A stretch of 64,000 nucleotides of DNA from Dehalococcoidia bacterium (GCA_963668185.1 OY764162.1:2660478-2724477), one strand, 5' to 3'. Shown: positions 28,268 through 37,196, counted from the stretch's first letter. Notes: a model not told the origin generated them from the sequence alone. Numbers and translations are program-made.

Positions 28268-29299
28268 ATGGTTACTCAAATCATCGCCAATAGGGTTTAC
28301 GACTACAGTCACGCCATTGGCGGCAGGGACATGATGAAGCCGTACAGCCTCGCATTGGCGTCGGGCAACGTTCTGTACCTGGTGAATCGCCTCATCTCCG
28401 GCCTGGCGCAGGTCCGCGCGGGGGCCGGAATCCCTACACAGATCAAGAAGATCGACACAGGCGCCGCTCCGGGGCAGGAGGAACTTCTGGCGGAGTTCGG
28501 CGTCATGGGCGAAGGCGAAGACCAGGTCTATTGGCCGTCCGGCATCGCCTGCGACAGCGCCGGCAACGTGTACGTCGCCGACGAGTGGCGGAACCGCATC
28601 GCCGTGTTTGACGGTGACGGACGTTTCCTCCGCGCGTGGGGAGAGCAGGGGAGTGGCGAAGGCCAGATCCTCGGCCCGTCCGGCCTGCAGTTCGACGTCG
28701 ACGACAACCTGTACGTCGTCGATGGCCGCAACCACCGCGTCCAGAAGTTCACCGGCGGCGGCGAGCGCATCGGCGGCTGGGGATCGCAGGGCTCCGGCCC
28801 CGGGCAGTTCGACTCGCCCTGGGGCCTGACCATCGACCATAACGGCGATGTGTACGTCGCCGACCACAAGAACAACCGCGTCCAGAAATTCACGCCCGAA
28901 GGCGAGTACCTGATGGAGTTCGGCAGCTACGGCGAAAAAGTGGGCGAGTTGAACCGCCCCACAGATGTCGCCGTCGACCCGGACGGAGACGTCTACGTTT
29001 GCGACTGGGCCAACAACCGCGTCAACGCATACGACAGCGCCGGCGCGCCCATCACCACGTTCGTAGGCGACGCCGCCGAGCTATCGAAGTGGCAGCAGCA
29101 GTTCGTCGACTCCAACGAAGGCGAGAAGCTGGCTAGGCGAAGGGCAGTGGACAAAGAAATCGGCTGGCGTCTCGCCATGCCCACCGCCGTCGAGTTCCAC
29201 CCCGCCAATAACTGGCTCATCATCTCAGACTACCAGCGCGGCCGCTTCCAGATCTACGCCAAGCTAAGCGACTACGACGAACCTCAGTTCAACCTGTAA
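28268..29299 (+). CDS. NHL-repeat beta-propeller protein
   Basis: Repeated F/W..P.GIA.D..GNVYVAD..NHRVQKF units. Confidence 0.9.
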   Translation: MVTQIIANRVYDYSHAIGGRDMMKPYSLALASGNVLYLVNRLISGLAQVRAGAGIPTQIKKIDTGAAPGQEELLAEFGVMGEGEDQVYWPSGIACDSAGNVYVADEWRNRIAVFDGDGRFLRAWGEQGSGEGQILGPSGLQFDVDDNLYVVDGRNHRVQKFTGGGERIGGWGSQGSGPGQFDSPWGLTIDHNGDVYVADHKNNRVQKFTPEGEYLMEFGSYGEKVGELNRPTDVAVDPDGDVYVCDWANNRVNAYDSAGAPITTFVGDAAELSKWQQQFVDSNEGEKLARRRAVDKEIGWRLAMPTAVEFHPANNWLIISDYQRGRFQIYAKLSDYDEPQFNL

Positions 29300-29324
29300 G
29301 AGGTAAGAGGGGACGCCCGCATCA

Positions 29325-29698
29325 CTACGCCTCGGACGTGCCGTCCGTCCCGGCCAGCGCTAGAACGCCGTTCACGAAATCGTGCACAATCGCGCGGTCG
29401 TCCAAGATCTCGAACTCCTCCATGAAGTCGTGGTAGAAGTTGCGGTGAAACTTTTCCGCGGCGGCAAATCCGCCTCGTAGCGCTGGGTCGCCGGACTGGT
29501 CCGCAAGTTGCCGCACTGCCGTTTTCAGTGAGCGGTGACTTCCATCAGGCCATCCGTTGTTTTGTGCCGCTGCCATGACAGCATGAGAAGCGGCGCCCCA
29601 TAGCTTCTCGCAGGCTTGCAGCCGGTCTCCGACGCTGAATTCCTTGTCGGAGTCCCTCAAGAACGTTCTGGCGGTCTGGATATGCTCGACTGCGTTCA
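29325..29698 (-). CDS. PaREP1-family (HEPN-like) protein, copy 1
   Basis: QACEKLWGAASHA and AEKFHRNFYH motifs; start placed at MNAVEH. Confidence 0.75.
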
Positions 29699-29760
29699 TG
29701 GGATCAGGCCCCTCCATTTTCTTGCCTAAGCCAACACAGTTCATCTCTTGGCTTGGATTA

Positions 29761-29830
29761 TACCAAGCGCGGCCGCTTCCAAATCTACGCCAATCTAAGC
29801 GACTACGACGAACCCCAGTTCAACCTGTAG
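29761..29830 (+). pseudogene. Duplicated 3-prime stub of the NHL gene
   Basis: Near copy of 29231-29299 (RGRFQIYAxLSDYDEPQFNL stop) with a few substitutions and one indel. Confidence 0.85.
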
Positions 29831-29839
29831 CGCCCACCT

Positions 29840-30934
29840 TTACTCGATTACGTGCACCGGCTCGCCGACCACGTCCTCGCGCAGCGTCAGGCCCAGCCCC
29901 GGCGCGTCCGATGCCGTGATGTTCGGGCCGTCCCTCTCAGGAAAGCCGTCGGCCGTTTTCAGAGTCACGTAGTCCGTGAGGTCCGTGTAGCAGATCAGGT
30001 ACTTCGGGTCCGTGCTCGCCGCGAAGTGCAGCAGCGCGGAAGACACGATCTCGCTGCCCCAGGAGTCGTCCGGCACCACACTGATGCCCAGGTCCAGCGC
30101 AAGGTCTCGCATCTTCCTCGCCTTCGTCAGTCCGCCGACGCGCGCCACCTTGATCGCGATCATGTCCATCGCGCCAGCCTCGTACCCGCGAATGATGTCC
30201 TGCGGCGTCTCGATCAGTTCGTCCAGCTTCACCGGGAGCGGACACCGTCGCCGGAAGTCGATGCTCTCCTCCCACGTCAGGCACGGCTGCTCCATGATCA
30301 CCGGCAGGTCGCGAATCGCGTTCGCCACCGTGATCGCCTCCGTCAGTGTGTACCGGGTGTTCCCGTCCAGCAGCAGGATCTCGTCTGGGTTGAGAATGTC
30401 ACACACGGCCTCGATCGCTGGTATGTCCTGCTTGGGACTTCGGCCCACCTTCTGCTGGAACGCCCGGAAGCCCTCCGCCCGCTTCTCGAGACATGCGTCA
30501 ACAATCTCTTCCGTCGTCACCGGATACTCCGGCGGGAAGTAGATAGAGCGATACAGCGGCGCCTGCCCCTCGTACCGTCCGCCCAGCAGATCGCACACCG
30601 GCCGCCCCGTAGCCTGCCCCATGATGTCCCACAGCGCCATGTCCAGCGGCGACTTCACGTACAGGTCATGGCTGAAGAAGGCGTCCCACTTGCGGTTGAG
30701 CCGCTCGTAGTGGAACGGGTCCTCCCCGATGAGGTGTTCTGCGATTATCGGAATGCCCGCGATCGCCCCTTCCGCGAATCCGCGCATGTAATTCGCGTTG
30801 ATGGTGCACACCTCGCCGAGGCCGACGTGACCTTCGTCAGTTTCCATCTTCACGATTACCGTCCGACTCCCCCGCGAGGAGTTTTCCTTGAACGGCAGGA
30901 TTGCCGTATAGACCGATATCCTGGTTATCTTCAT
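29840..30934 (-). CDS. Mandelate racemase/muconate lactonizing enzyme family protein
   Basis: Q-x-K motif (FQQKVG), metal ligands in LDGN, MEQP and LDEL, AIKVARVGG; resembles the hydroxyproline/proline-betaine epimerase-dehydratase branch. Confidence 0.85.
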   Translation of the reverse strand: MKITRISVYTAILPFKENSSRGSRTVIVKMETDEGHVGLGEVCTINANYMRGFAEGAIAGIPIIAEHLIGEDPFHYERLNRKWDAFFSHDLYVKSPLDMALWDIMGQATGRPVCDLLGGRYEGQAPLYRSIYFPPEYPVTTEEIVDACLEKRAEGFRAFQQKVGRSPKQDIPAIEAVCDILNPDEILLLDGNTRYTLTEAITVANAIRDLPVIMEQPCLTWEESIDFRRRCPLPVKLDELIETPQDIIRGYEAGAMDMIAIKVARVGGLTKARKMRDLALDLGISVVPDDSWGSEIVSSALLHFAASTDPKYLICYTDLTDYVTLKTADGFPERDGPNITASDAPGLGLTLREDVVGEPVHVIE

Positions 30935-30944
30935 AAGTTGATCC

Positions 30945-32624
30945 TCACGCCAGCATGTACCGCCGGTTGAGCGGCACTTCCGTCACGGCCTGCGACGTTA
31001 CCGCCTCGCCGTCCACCGTCACCACTCGCTCCTTCGAGTCCACGCGCACCGCCGGGTAGCGCCGGTTGCGGACCATGTCATCGCGCGTCACGCCTCGAAC
31101 GCCGCGCACGGCCAGCAGCCTCCGCGCCGTCCGCAAACGCCGCGCCAACCCAAGCCCCAGCGACGCCTCCGACACGAACAACGCGCTCAGCGACGGCGCG
31201 GCCTCGCCCGACCCGCCGAACTGCGGCCCGTACGCCACCGGCTCCGCTCCGCCAACGCTAGCATTGCCCTCGCCCAGCGGCGCCCACGCGGTGAAGCCGC
31301 CCTTGATTACCTGCTCCGGCTTGATGCCGAAGAACTCCGGTCGCCACAGCACAATGTCCGCCATCTTGCCCGCCGCTATCGACCCCACGTAGTCCGATAT
31401 CCCGTGCGCGATTGCCGGGTTGATCGTGTACTTGGCGATGTACCGCAACACCCGCTCGTTGTCGTGCGCGTCCCTGTTCTCGTCCGCCTCCGCCTTCATC
31501 TTGTGTGCAAGCTGCCACGTCCGGCAGATCACCTCGCCGATGCGTCCCATCCCCTGCGAGTCCGAGTTGATGATCGGGATCGCCCCCATGTCGTGCAGCG
31601 CGTCCTCCGCCGCCATCGTCTCGCGCCGCAGCCTGTCGTCCAGCGCCGCCGCTTCCGCCGGGTCGTGCCTCCGCACGCCGTGGATGAGCGCCGTCATCGC
31701 GAAGTGCTCCCCGTGCGCGCCCACCGTGTACGGTATCGTTGGCGTCGTCGACGATGGGACGATGTTCCGCACGCCCGCCAGTTCCAGCACGTCCGGCGCG
31801 TGCCCGCCGCCCGCGCCCTCCACGTGGTACGCGTGCACGGTCCGACCGGCGATCGCGTCCACCGTCTCGTCCACGCGCGCCGACTCCTGCAGGCCGTCCG
31901 TGTGCAGCGCGACAGACACGTCGTGCGCGTCCGCAACCTTCAGGCACGCGTCGATCACGTCCGGGTACGCGCCCGTGTCCTCGTGCACCTTGAACCCGCA
32001 GGCCCCCGCCTCCAGGCTCTCTAGCATCGGCGCAGGATGCGTCGCGCTGCCCAGCCCTTGCAGCCCCACGTTGACCGGCATCCGCTCCAATGCCTCGAAC
32101 GTCCTGTGGATCTTGAACTGCGCGTTCTGCGACAGCCCGCCCCCTATCAGCGTGGTCATCCCGCTCGACACCGCCACCGGAATGAGCTTCGGCGTCACCA
32201 GGTGCACGTGGCTGTCCACGCCGCCCGGCGTCGCGATGAGTCCCGCGCCGAACCGGACCAGCGTGTTCGTCCCGATCTCCAGGTCCACGCCGTCCATGAT
32301 GTTCGGATTGCCGGCCCTGCCCACGCCCGTAATCAGCCCGTCCTTTATCCCGATGTCGCCCTTCATCACGCCCAGCAGCGGATCGATGATCAAGACGCCC
32401 GGGATCACGGTGTCGAGTTCGCTGTCGCCCGGCCTGCCGTGCCCCATCATCATCCCGGCCCGCACGTTCTTCCCCCAGCCGTACACAAGCTCGTTCCCGT
32501 ACTCCGCCAGATCCCGCTCCACCTCCACGATCAGGTTCGTATCGCCCAAACGCACCCTGTCCCCGGTCGTAGGGCCGTACTCCCGCGCATAGGTCTCTCT
32601 GTCGATCTCGTGAGCCAGCGTCAC
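30945..32624 (-). CDS. ureC: Urease alpha subunit, divergent
   Basis: DSHVH, FKVHED, LHTD, HAYHVEGAGGGHAPD, NSDSQGMGRIGEV. Confidence 0.88.
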   Translation of the reverse strand: MTLAHEIDRETYAREYGPTTGDRVRLGDTNLIVEVERDLAEYGNELVYGWGKNVRAGMMMGHGRPGDSELDTVIPGVLIIDPLLGVMKGDIGIKDGLITGVGRAGNPNIMDGVDLEIGTNTLVRFGAGLIATPGGVDSHVHLVTPKLIPVAVSSGMTTLIGGGLSQNAQFKIHRTFEALERMPVNVGLQGLGSATHPAPMLESLEAGACGFKVHEDTGAYPDVIDACLKVADAHDVSVALHTDGLQESARVDETVDAIAGRTVHAYHVEGAGGGHAPDVLELAGVRNIVPSSTTPTIPYTVGAHGEHFAMTALIHGVRRHDPAEAAALDDRLRRETMAAEDALHDMGAIPIINSDSQGMGRIGEVICRTWQLAHKMKAEADENRDAHDNERVLRYIAKYTINPAIAHGISDYVGSIAAGKMADIVLWRPEFFGIKPEQVIKGGFTAWAPLGEGNASVGGAEPVAYGPQFGGSGEAAPSLSALFVSEASLGLGLARRLRTARRLLAVRGVRGVTRDDMVRNRRYPAVRVDSKERVVTVDGEAVTSQAVTEVPLNRRYMLA

Positions 32625-32639
32625 TCCTCCTTCCTTTGG

Positions 32640-32678
32640 CCCCTTCTCCCCTACGCGGGAGAAGGCCGGGATGAGGGG
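32640..32678 (+). repeat. Hairpin repeat variant overlapping the ureB 3-prime end
   Basis: CCCCTTCTCCC-CTACGC-GGGAGAAGG-CCGGGATGAGGGG, same layout as the CCCTTCCCCAG family. Confidence 0.7.
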
Positions 32679-33049
32679 GAAACGTCCTCGTGCAGAAACC
32701 CCGCCTCTATCGCCCGCTCCACCGCAGCATCAGCGTCCGCCTCATCGAGCGCTCCGTTAACAAGCCCGTGGAACCCGTGCACGCGCCGCGCCCCGCCGAC
32801 ATCCACCAGCCGCACCCGCTTCCGCTCGCCAGGCTCCCAGCGAACAGCCGCACCCGCCGGTACATCGAGCCGCCTGCCGTACGCCGCTCTGCGGTCGAAC
32901 CGCAGCAGCCGGTTCGCCTCGAAGAAGTGGTAATGCGAAGTCACCGAAACCGCGTGTCCGGACGTGTTCTCCACCTCGATCGACACCGCCTCGCGCCCCG
33001 CGTTGCACAGGACCGTGCCCTCTCTGGTGAACACCTCTCCAGGCCTCAT
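32651..33049 (-). CDS. ureB: Urease beta subunit
   Basis: NAGRE, SHYHFFEAN, AYGRRLDVPAG.AVRWEPG, HGFHGLVNG. Confidence 0.9.
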   Translation of the reverse strand: MRPGEVFTREGTVLCNAGREAVSIEVENTSGHAVSVTSHYHFFEANRLLRFDRRAAYGRRLDVPAGAAVRWEPGERKRVRLVDVGGARRVHGFHGLVNGALDEADADAAVERAIEAGFLHEDVSPSSRPSPA

Positions 33050-33053
33050 GCCC

Positions 33054-33419
33054 TCATCCTTCCTGAGCTATGGAGAGAATCTTTTCGATGAAGTCCTCCA
33101 CCGATGGACGGGAGAACTGCAACTCTTCAAGTTCCATGAAACCGTGATAGAAGTTGGCGTGAAACTTCTCCGCGACGGCGAATCCGTCCCGTATGGAGTT
33201 GTCGCCGTATTCGATGCTGAGATCCCCCGCCGCCTTGCGCAGGGTGGCGTGAGTCCCGCACGGCCAGCCGCGCTGCCTGGCGACGGTTATCAGGGCCTGT
33301 GAAGCGGCGCCCCAGAGCTTCTCAGAACCCTGCATGTACTCTCCCACGGAAAACTCATGGTTCGCCCTTTCCAGAAATTCCCGCGCAGTTTCCGCGTGCT
33401 GCTCTACAGACATCACCAT
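33054..33419 (-). CDS. PaREP1-family (HEPN-like) protein, copy 2
   Basis: QGSEKLWGAASQA and AEKFHANFYH motifs; lies between ureA and ureB. Confidence 0.75.
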   Translation of the reverse strand: MVMSVEQHAETAREFLERANHEFSVGEYMQGSEKLWGAASQALITVARQRGWPCGTHATLRKAAGDLSIEYGDNSIRDGFAVAEKFHANFYHGFMELEELQFSRPSVEDFIEKILSIAQEG

Positions 33420-33440
33420 GATATGCCCCCTCGCTTTGCA

Positions 33441-33743
33441 CTACCGGATCGGATTGTCGATCACCACCAGCTTGTTCCCATCCGCGAAGTTCACCTCCAG
33501 CCGGATGCTGCTCACAAGCGACTCCACCCCATCCATCACGTCGTCCTTGGAAAGAATGCCCACCCCGCGCGTCTCGATCTCCTCGTAGCTCAGGCCCGCT
33601 CGCCCGTCCTCCAGCAGTTCGTCGCTGATAAGCGCCACCGCCTCAGGGTGGTTCAGCTTCAATCCCCGCGCTCTCCGACGACGCGCCATCTCCGCCACCG
33701 TGAAAATCGTAAGCCGGTCCATCTCCTTCGGCGTCAGCCGCAT
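33441..33743 (-). CDS. ureA: Urease gamma subunit
   Basis: MRLTPKEMDRL, ARGLKLNHPEAVALI, EVNFADGNKLV...NPI. Confidence 0.92.
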   Translation of the reverse strand: MRLTPKEMDRLTIFTVAEMARRRRARGLKLNHPEAVALISDELLEDGRAGLSYEEIETRGVGILSKDDVMDGVESLVSSIRLEVNFADGNKLVVIDNPIR

Positions 33744-33781
33744 CTGTCGCTCCTTGCGCCTGGATTCCGGGCGAACCTGCC

Positions 33782-33811
33782 TTGACTCCCCCGAATAGGA
33801 GGAGATACAAT
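33782..33811 (+). promoter_or_regulatory. Sigma70-type promoter
   Basis: TTGACT (33782-33787), 18-bp spacer, TACAAT (33806-33811). Confidence 0.5.
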
Positions 33812-33906
33812 CCTCTCAGGAATATTCCCTAGTGTCCGTCTTCAGGGGCGCACTCTAGGTTAGTATATCCACTGTAAAGCGGGGCGTTCGCAAGAGCGCC
33901 CCGCTT

Positions 33907-34350
33907 CTCCTTAGGACCTATTATTACCACTGCCTGCCGTATCACGGCAATCCTCCCACGGAGGACGAGCGCAAACGGTATTCGACGCAGAGAAGGTTCT
34001 TTGACTCCTTGGAGCGCCTACCCCGCTACAAGGTCAGACTGGGTCGGCTTGCGCGCCGCGTTGGCAAAGATGGAAGGCCGAGGTACTCGCAGAAGCGAGT
34101 CGACATCCTGCTGGGCGTGGACATGGTGCAGCTAGCTGCCAAGCAGGCGATTCAAGAAGCGGTGTTGCTGGCTGGAGACAGCGATTTCATCCCCGCCGTC
34201 GCCGCGGCCCAGTCCGAGGGCGTGGTGATCAGGCTGTTTCACGGACGACGCCCGCACAACGACCTGTGGCAAGTGGCTGACGAGAGGACTCAGATCACTC
34301 AAGACTTGATACAGTCGGTCTTGCTGGATCTCGCAACTTCGCAGGACTGA
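33907..34350 (+). pseudogene. 5-prime-truncated NYN/LabA (DUF88) nuclease
   Basis: Frame reads LLRTYYYHCLPY...QKRVDILLGVD...LAGDSDFIPAV; in-frame TAG at 33856 and no upstream FIDG motif or start codon. Confidence 0.7.
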
Positions 34351-34356
34351 GCGCCC

Positions 34357-35376
34357 CTACACATCCGCCACCAGCACCCACATCGGCGCCGCGCCCGCCG
34401 CGTACGTCTCCACGTGCGCGAGGCCGCCCGTATCCTGGTCGATCTCGTACACCGCTAGGTTCCCCGACTCCAGCCCCGACGCGTACAGGAAGCGCCCGTC
34501 CGGGTCCAGGCTGAACGCTCGCGGCACCGGCTCCGTCGGCACGATCGCCGTGCGCGTCAGCTGCCCCCAGTGCTCGTCCACCGCGAAGCACGCGATGCTG
34601 TTGTGGCCCCGGTTCGGCGCATACAGGAACCTGCCAGTGGACGCGATCTGTATCTGTGCGCACGTATTCTCGCCCTGATATCCGCGCGGCAGCGTCGATA
34701 CCGTACGCATGGGACTGAGCAACCCGTCGTAGATGCTCATCTCGTACGAGGTCACGCTGCTCCCCTGCTCGTTCGAGAAGTAGAACACGTTCATTCGCGG
34801 ATGGATGCAGAAGTGCCTCGGCCCCGCGTTCGGTTCAGGGGACAACTCCGGCTGAGTGTTCGGCGTCAGCCGCCCGGACTCCTGGTCGAACCCGTACTGC
34901 AATATCAGGTTCGGCCCAACGTCCCCCGCGATGTGCGGCACGAACGCGTACTGGTTAGCTGGGTCGGTCTGGATCGAGTGCGCCCCCTCGTACGTCTCGA
35001 TCTGCTGCACCGGCTCGGCCCCGCCTTCGCCGTCCAGCCGGTGCACCGTGACCATCCCCGCGAAGTAGTACGCGCCCATCAGGAACCGGCCTCGCTGGTC
35101 CGTCGCCAGGTAGCACGGGTCCGACGGCAACTCAATCGTGCCCACCGGCGTGAGACCCCCGCTCGCCGCGTCGATCCTATAGCTCGCCAGCCTGTTGTTC
35201 CCGCGCAGCCCCGCGTAGAGAAACTCCCGCCGCGGGTCGATGGCCAGCGGTGCCGGCCCGTCATTCGCGGCGGTGTCTCCGATCTTTGTCAGTCTCCCCG
35301 AGCCGCGGTCCGCCTCGTACGCCGCGATCCGGTTCTCGTCTTGAAGGGCCACGTAAACAAGTCTTGCCATGCCCAT
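34357..35376 (-). CDS. Lactonase-family beta-propeller (6-phosphogluconolactonase-like)
   Basis: PCYLATD, GAHSIQTDP, GPRHF, FLYAPNRGHNSIA, PRAFSLDP. Confidence 0.9.
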   Translation of the reverse strand: MGMARLVYVALQDENRIAAYEADRGSGRLTKIGDTAANDGPAPLAIDPRREFLYAGLRGNNRLASYRIDAASGGLTPVGTIELPSDPCYLATDQRGRFLMGAYYFAGMVTVHRLDGEGGAEPVQQIETYEGAHSIQTDPANQYAFVPHIAGDVGPNLILQYGFDQESGRLTPNTQPELSPEPNAGPRHFCIHPRMNVFYFSNEQGSSVTSYEMSIYDGLLSPMRTVSTLPRGYQGENTCAQIQIASTGRFLYAPNRGHNSIACFAVDEHWGQLTRTAIVPTEPVPRAFSLDPDGRFLYASGLESGNLAVYEIDQDTGGLAHVETYAAGAAPMWVLVADV

Positions 35377-35463
35377 TGCCTCCGGTATCTGTCGATTTAT
35401 TGCCGCCGGTCATTGTATGTTATCGGCTGAGCCGCGCCCTGCGGCAACCCATGGAGGTAGGCC

Positions 35464-37071
35464 ATGTCAGCCACCGTATCGTTCGAACCGCTCAGCCCGC
35501 TGTCGCTCCTGGAGAGAAGCGCCGCCGTTTACCCGGACAAGACCGCCATCGTCCACGGCGACAGACGTTACACGTACGCCCAGTTCCACGAGCGCGTCTG
35601 CCGCCTGTCGTCCGCTCTCAGGAAAGCCGGGGTAGGGAAGGGCGATCGCGTCGCCTTCCTCGTCCCCAACCTTCCCGCCATGCTCGAAGGCCACTTCGGC
35701 CCCCTGCGCGCGGGCGCGATCCTCGTCGCCATCAACATCCGCCTGTCCGCCCGCGAGATCGCGTACATCATCAACCACTCCGGCGCGAAGGTACTCGTGT
35801 TCGACACCGAGTTCGCTCCTGTCGTCCGCCAGGTCCGCCCCGACGTTCCCGGCGTAGACCTGTTCGTGCACGTCAACGATGGCGCTGGCATGGCGGACGA
35901 TATCCCCGGCCCCGACTACGAGTCGTTCCTGGCGTCCGGCTCGCCCTCGGACCCGAAAGTCCCGCTCGACTCGGAACTGGACACCATCGCGATCAACTAC
36001 ACGTCCGGCACCACAGGAATGCCCAAGGGCGTCATGTACCACGCCAGGGGCGCGTACCTCGCCGCCATCAGCGAGGCGCTGGAGATGGGCATAACATGGC
36101 GCAGCACATACCTCTGGACGCTGCCCATGTTCCACTGCAACGGCTGGTGCTTCACGTGGGGCGTGGCCGCCGTTGCCGGCACGAACGTCTGCCTGCGCCG
36201 CATCGACCCGGACTCGATCTTCGACCTCATCGAGTCCGAAGGCGTCACCCACATGTGCGGCGCACCGACGGTCCTTACCATGATGTACTCCTCGCCGTCC
36301 GCGGAGGGCCGCGATCTGTCCGGCCTCTTCATAGTCACCGCCGGCGCGCCTCCCGCCCCCCACGTCATCCGCACCATCGAGGGTATGGGCGCGACCATAC
36401 AGCACGCATACGGCCTTACCGAGACGTACGGCCCGCACACGCTCTGCGCCGACCAGCCCGGCTGGGACGAGCTTTCCGTCGACGAGCGCGCGAGGCTCAA
36501 GTCGCGGCAGGGCGTGCCATACCTGATGGCCGACCCCGGCCTGCGCGTGGTTGACAGCCACATGAACGACGTCCCGAAGGACGCCGAGACCATGGGCGAG
36601 GTCATCATGCGCGGCAACAACGTCATGTCCGGCTACTTCGACGACGCCTCCGCCTCCGAGAAGGCGTTCGAAGGCGGCTGGTTCCACTCCGGCGACCTCG
36701 GCGTCTGGCACCCCGACGGCTACATCGAGCTGAGGGACAGGGCAAAGGACGTCATAATCTCAGGCGGCGAGAACATCTCCACCCAGGAGGTCGAACGCGT
36801 CGTCATGGACCACCCCGCCGTCCTCGAGGTAAGCGTCGTCGGCGTCCCCGACGATCGGTGGGGCGAGACCCCCAAGGCGTTCGTCGTCAAGAAGCCCGAC
36901 GCCGAAGTGACCGAGCAGGACATCATCGACTTCTGCCGCGCCAACCTCGCCCGCTTCAAAGCCCCCAGGTACGTCGAGTTCGGCGATCTCCCCAAGACCG
37001 CCACCGGCAAGATCCAGAAGTTCGTCCTACGCGAACGCGAATGGGCCGGCCGCGAAAAACGCATCCAGTAA
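35464..37071 (+). CDS. Acyl-CoA synthetase/AMP-binding ligase
   Basis: YTSGTTGMPKG, YGLTET, GWFHSGD, DRAKDVIISGGEN, PKTATGKIQK. Confidence 0.93.
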   Translation: MSATVSFEPLSPLSLLERSAAVYPDKTAIVHGDRRYTYAQFHERVCRLSSALRKAGVGKGDRVAFLVPNLPAMLEGHFGPLRAGAILVAINIRLSAREIAYIINHSGAKVLVFDTEFAPVVRQVRPDVPGVDLFVHVNDGAGMADDIPGPDYESFLASGSPSDPKVPLDSELDTIAINYTSGTTGMPKGVMYHARGAYLAAISEALEMGITWRSTYLWTLPMFHCNGWCFTWGVAAVAGTNVCLRRIDPDSIFDLIESEGVTHMCGAPTVLTMMYSSPSAEGRDLSGLFIVTAGAPPAPHVIRTIEGMGATIQHAYGLTETYGPHTLCADQPGWDELSVDERARLKSRQGVPYLMADPGLRVVDSHMNDVPKDAETMGEVIMRGNNVMSGYFDDASASEKAFEGGWFHSGDLGVWHPDGYIELRDRAKDVIISGGENISTQEVERVVMDHPAVLEVSVVGVPDDRWGETPKAFVVKKPDAEVTEQDIIDFCRANLARFKAPRYVEFGDLPKTATGKIQKFVLREREWAGREKRIQ

Positions 37072-37196
37072 CCGACCCGGCCGAAACACGCGTGTAGGGG
37101 CGGTTCGTGAACCGCCCTGTGGGGTGACGGCGCCCATCCGCCCCCTTACCTCGTCTACCGCGTCGCTATCGCCATCATCTCAAGGTCGCGGCCATC

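Noticed and set aside
33815-33910. tRNA or tmRNA fragment as an integration site
   Set aside because: No cloverleaf, T-loop consensus or CCA end recognisable; only one strong hairpin
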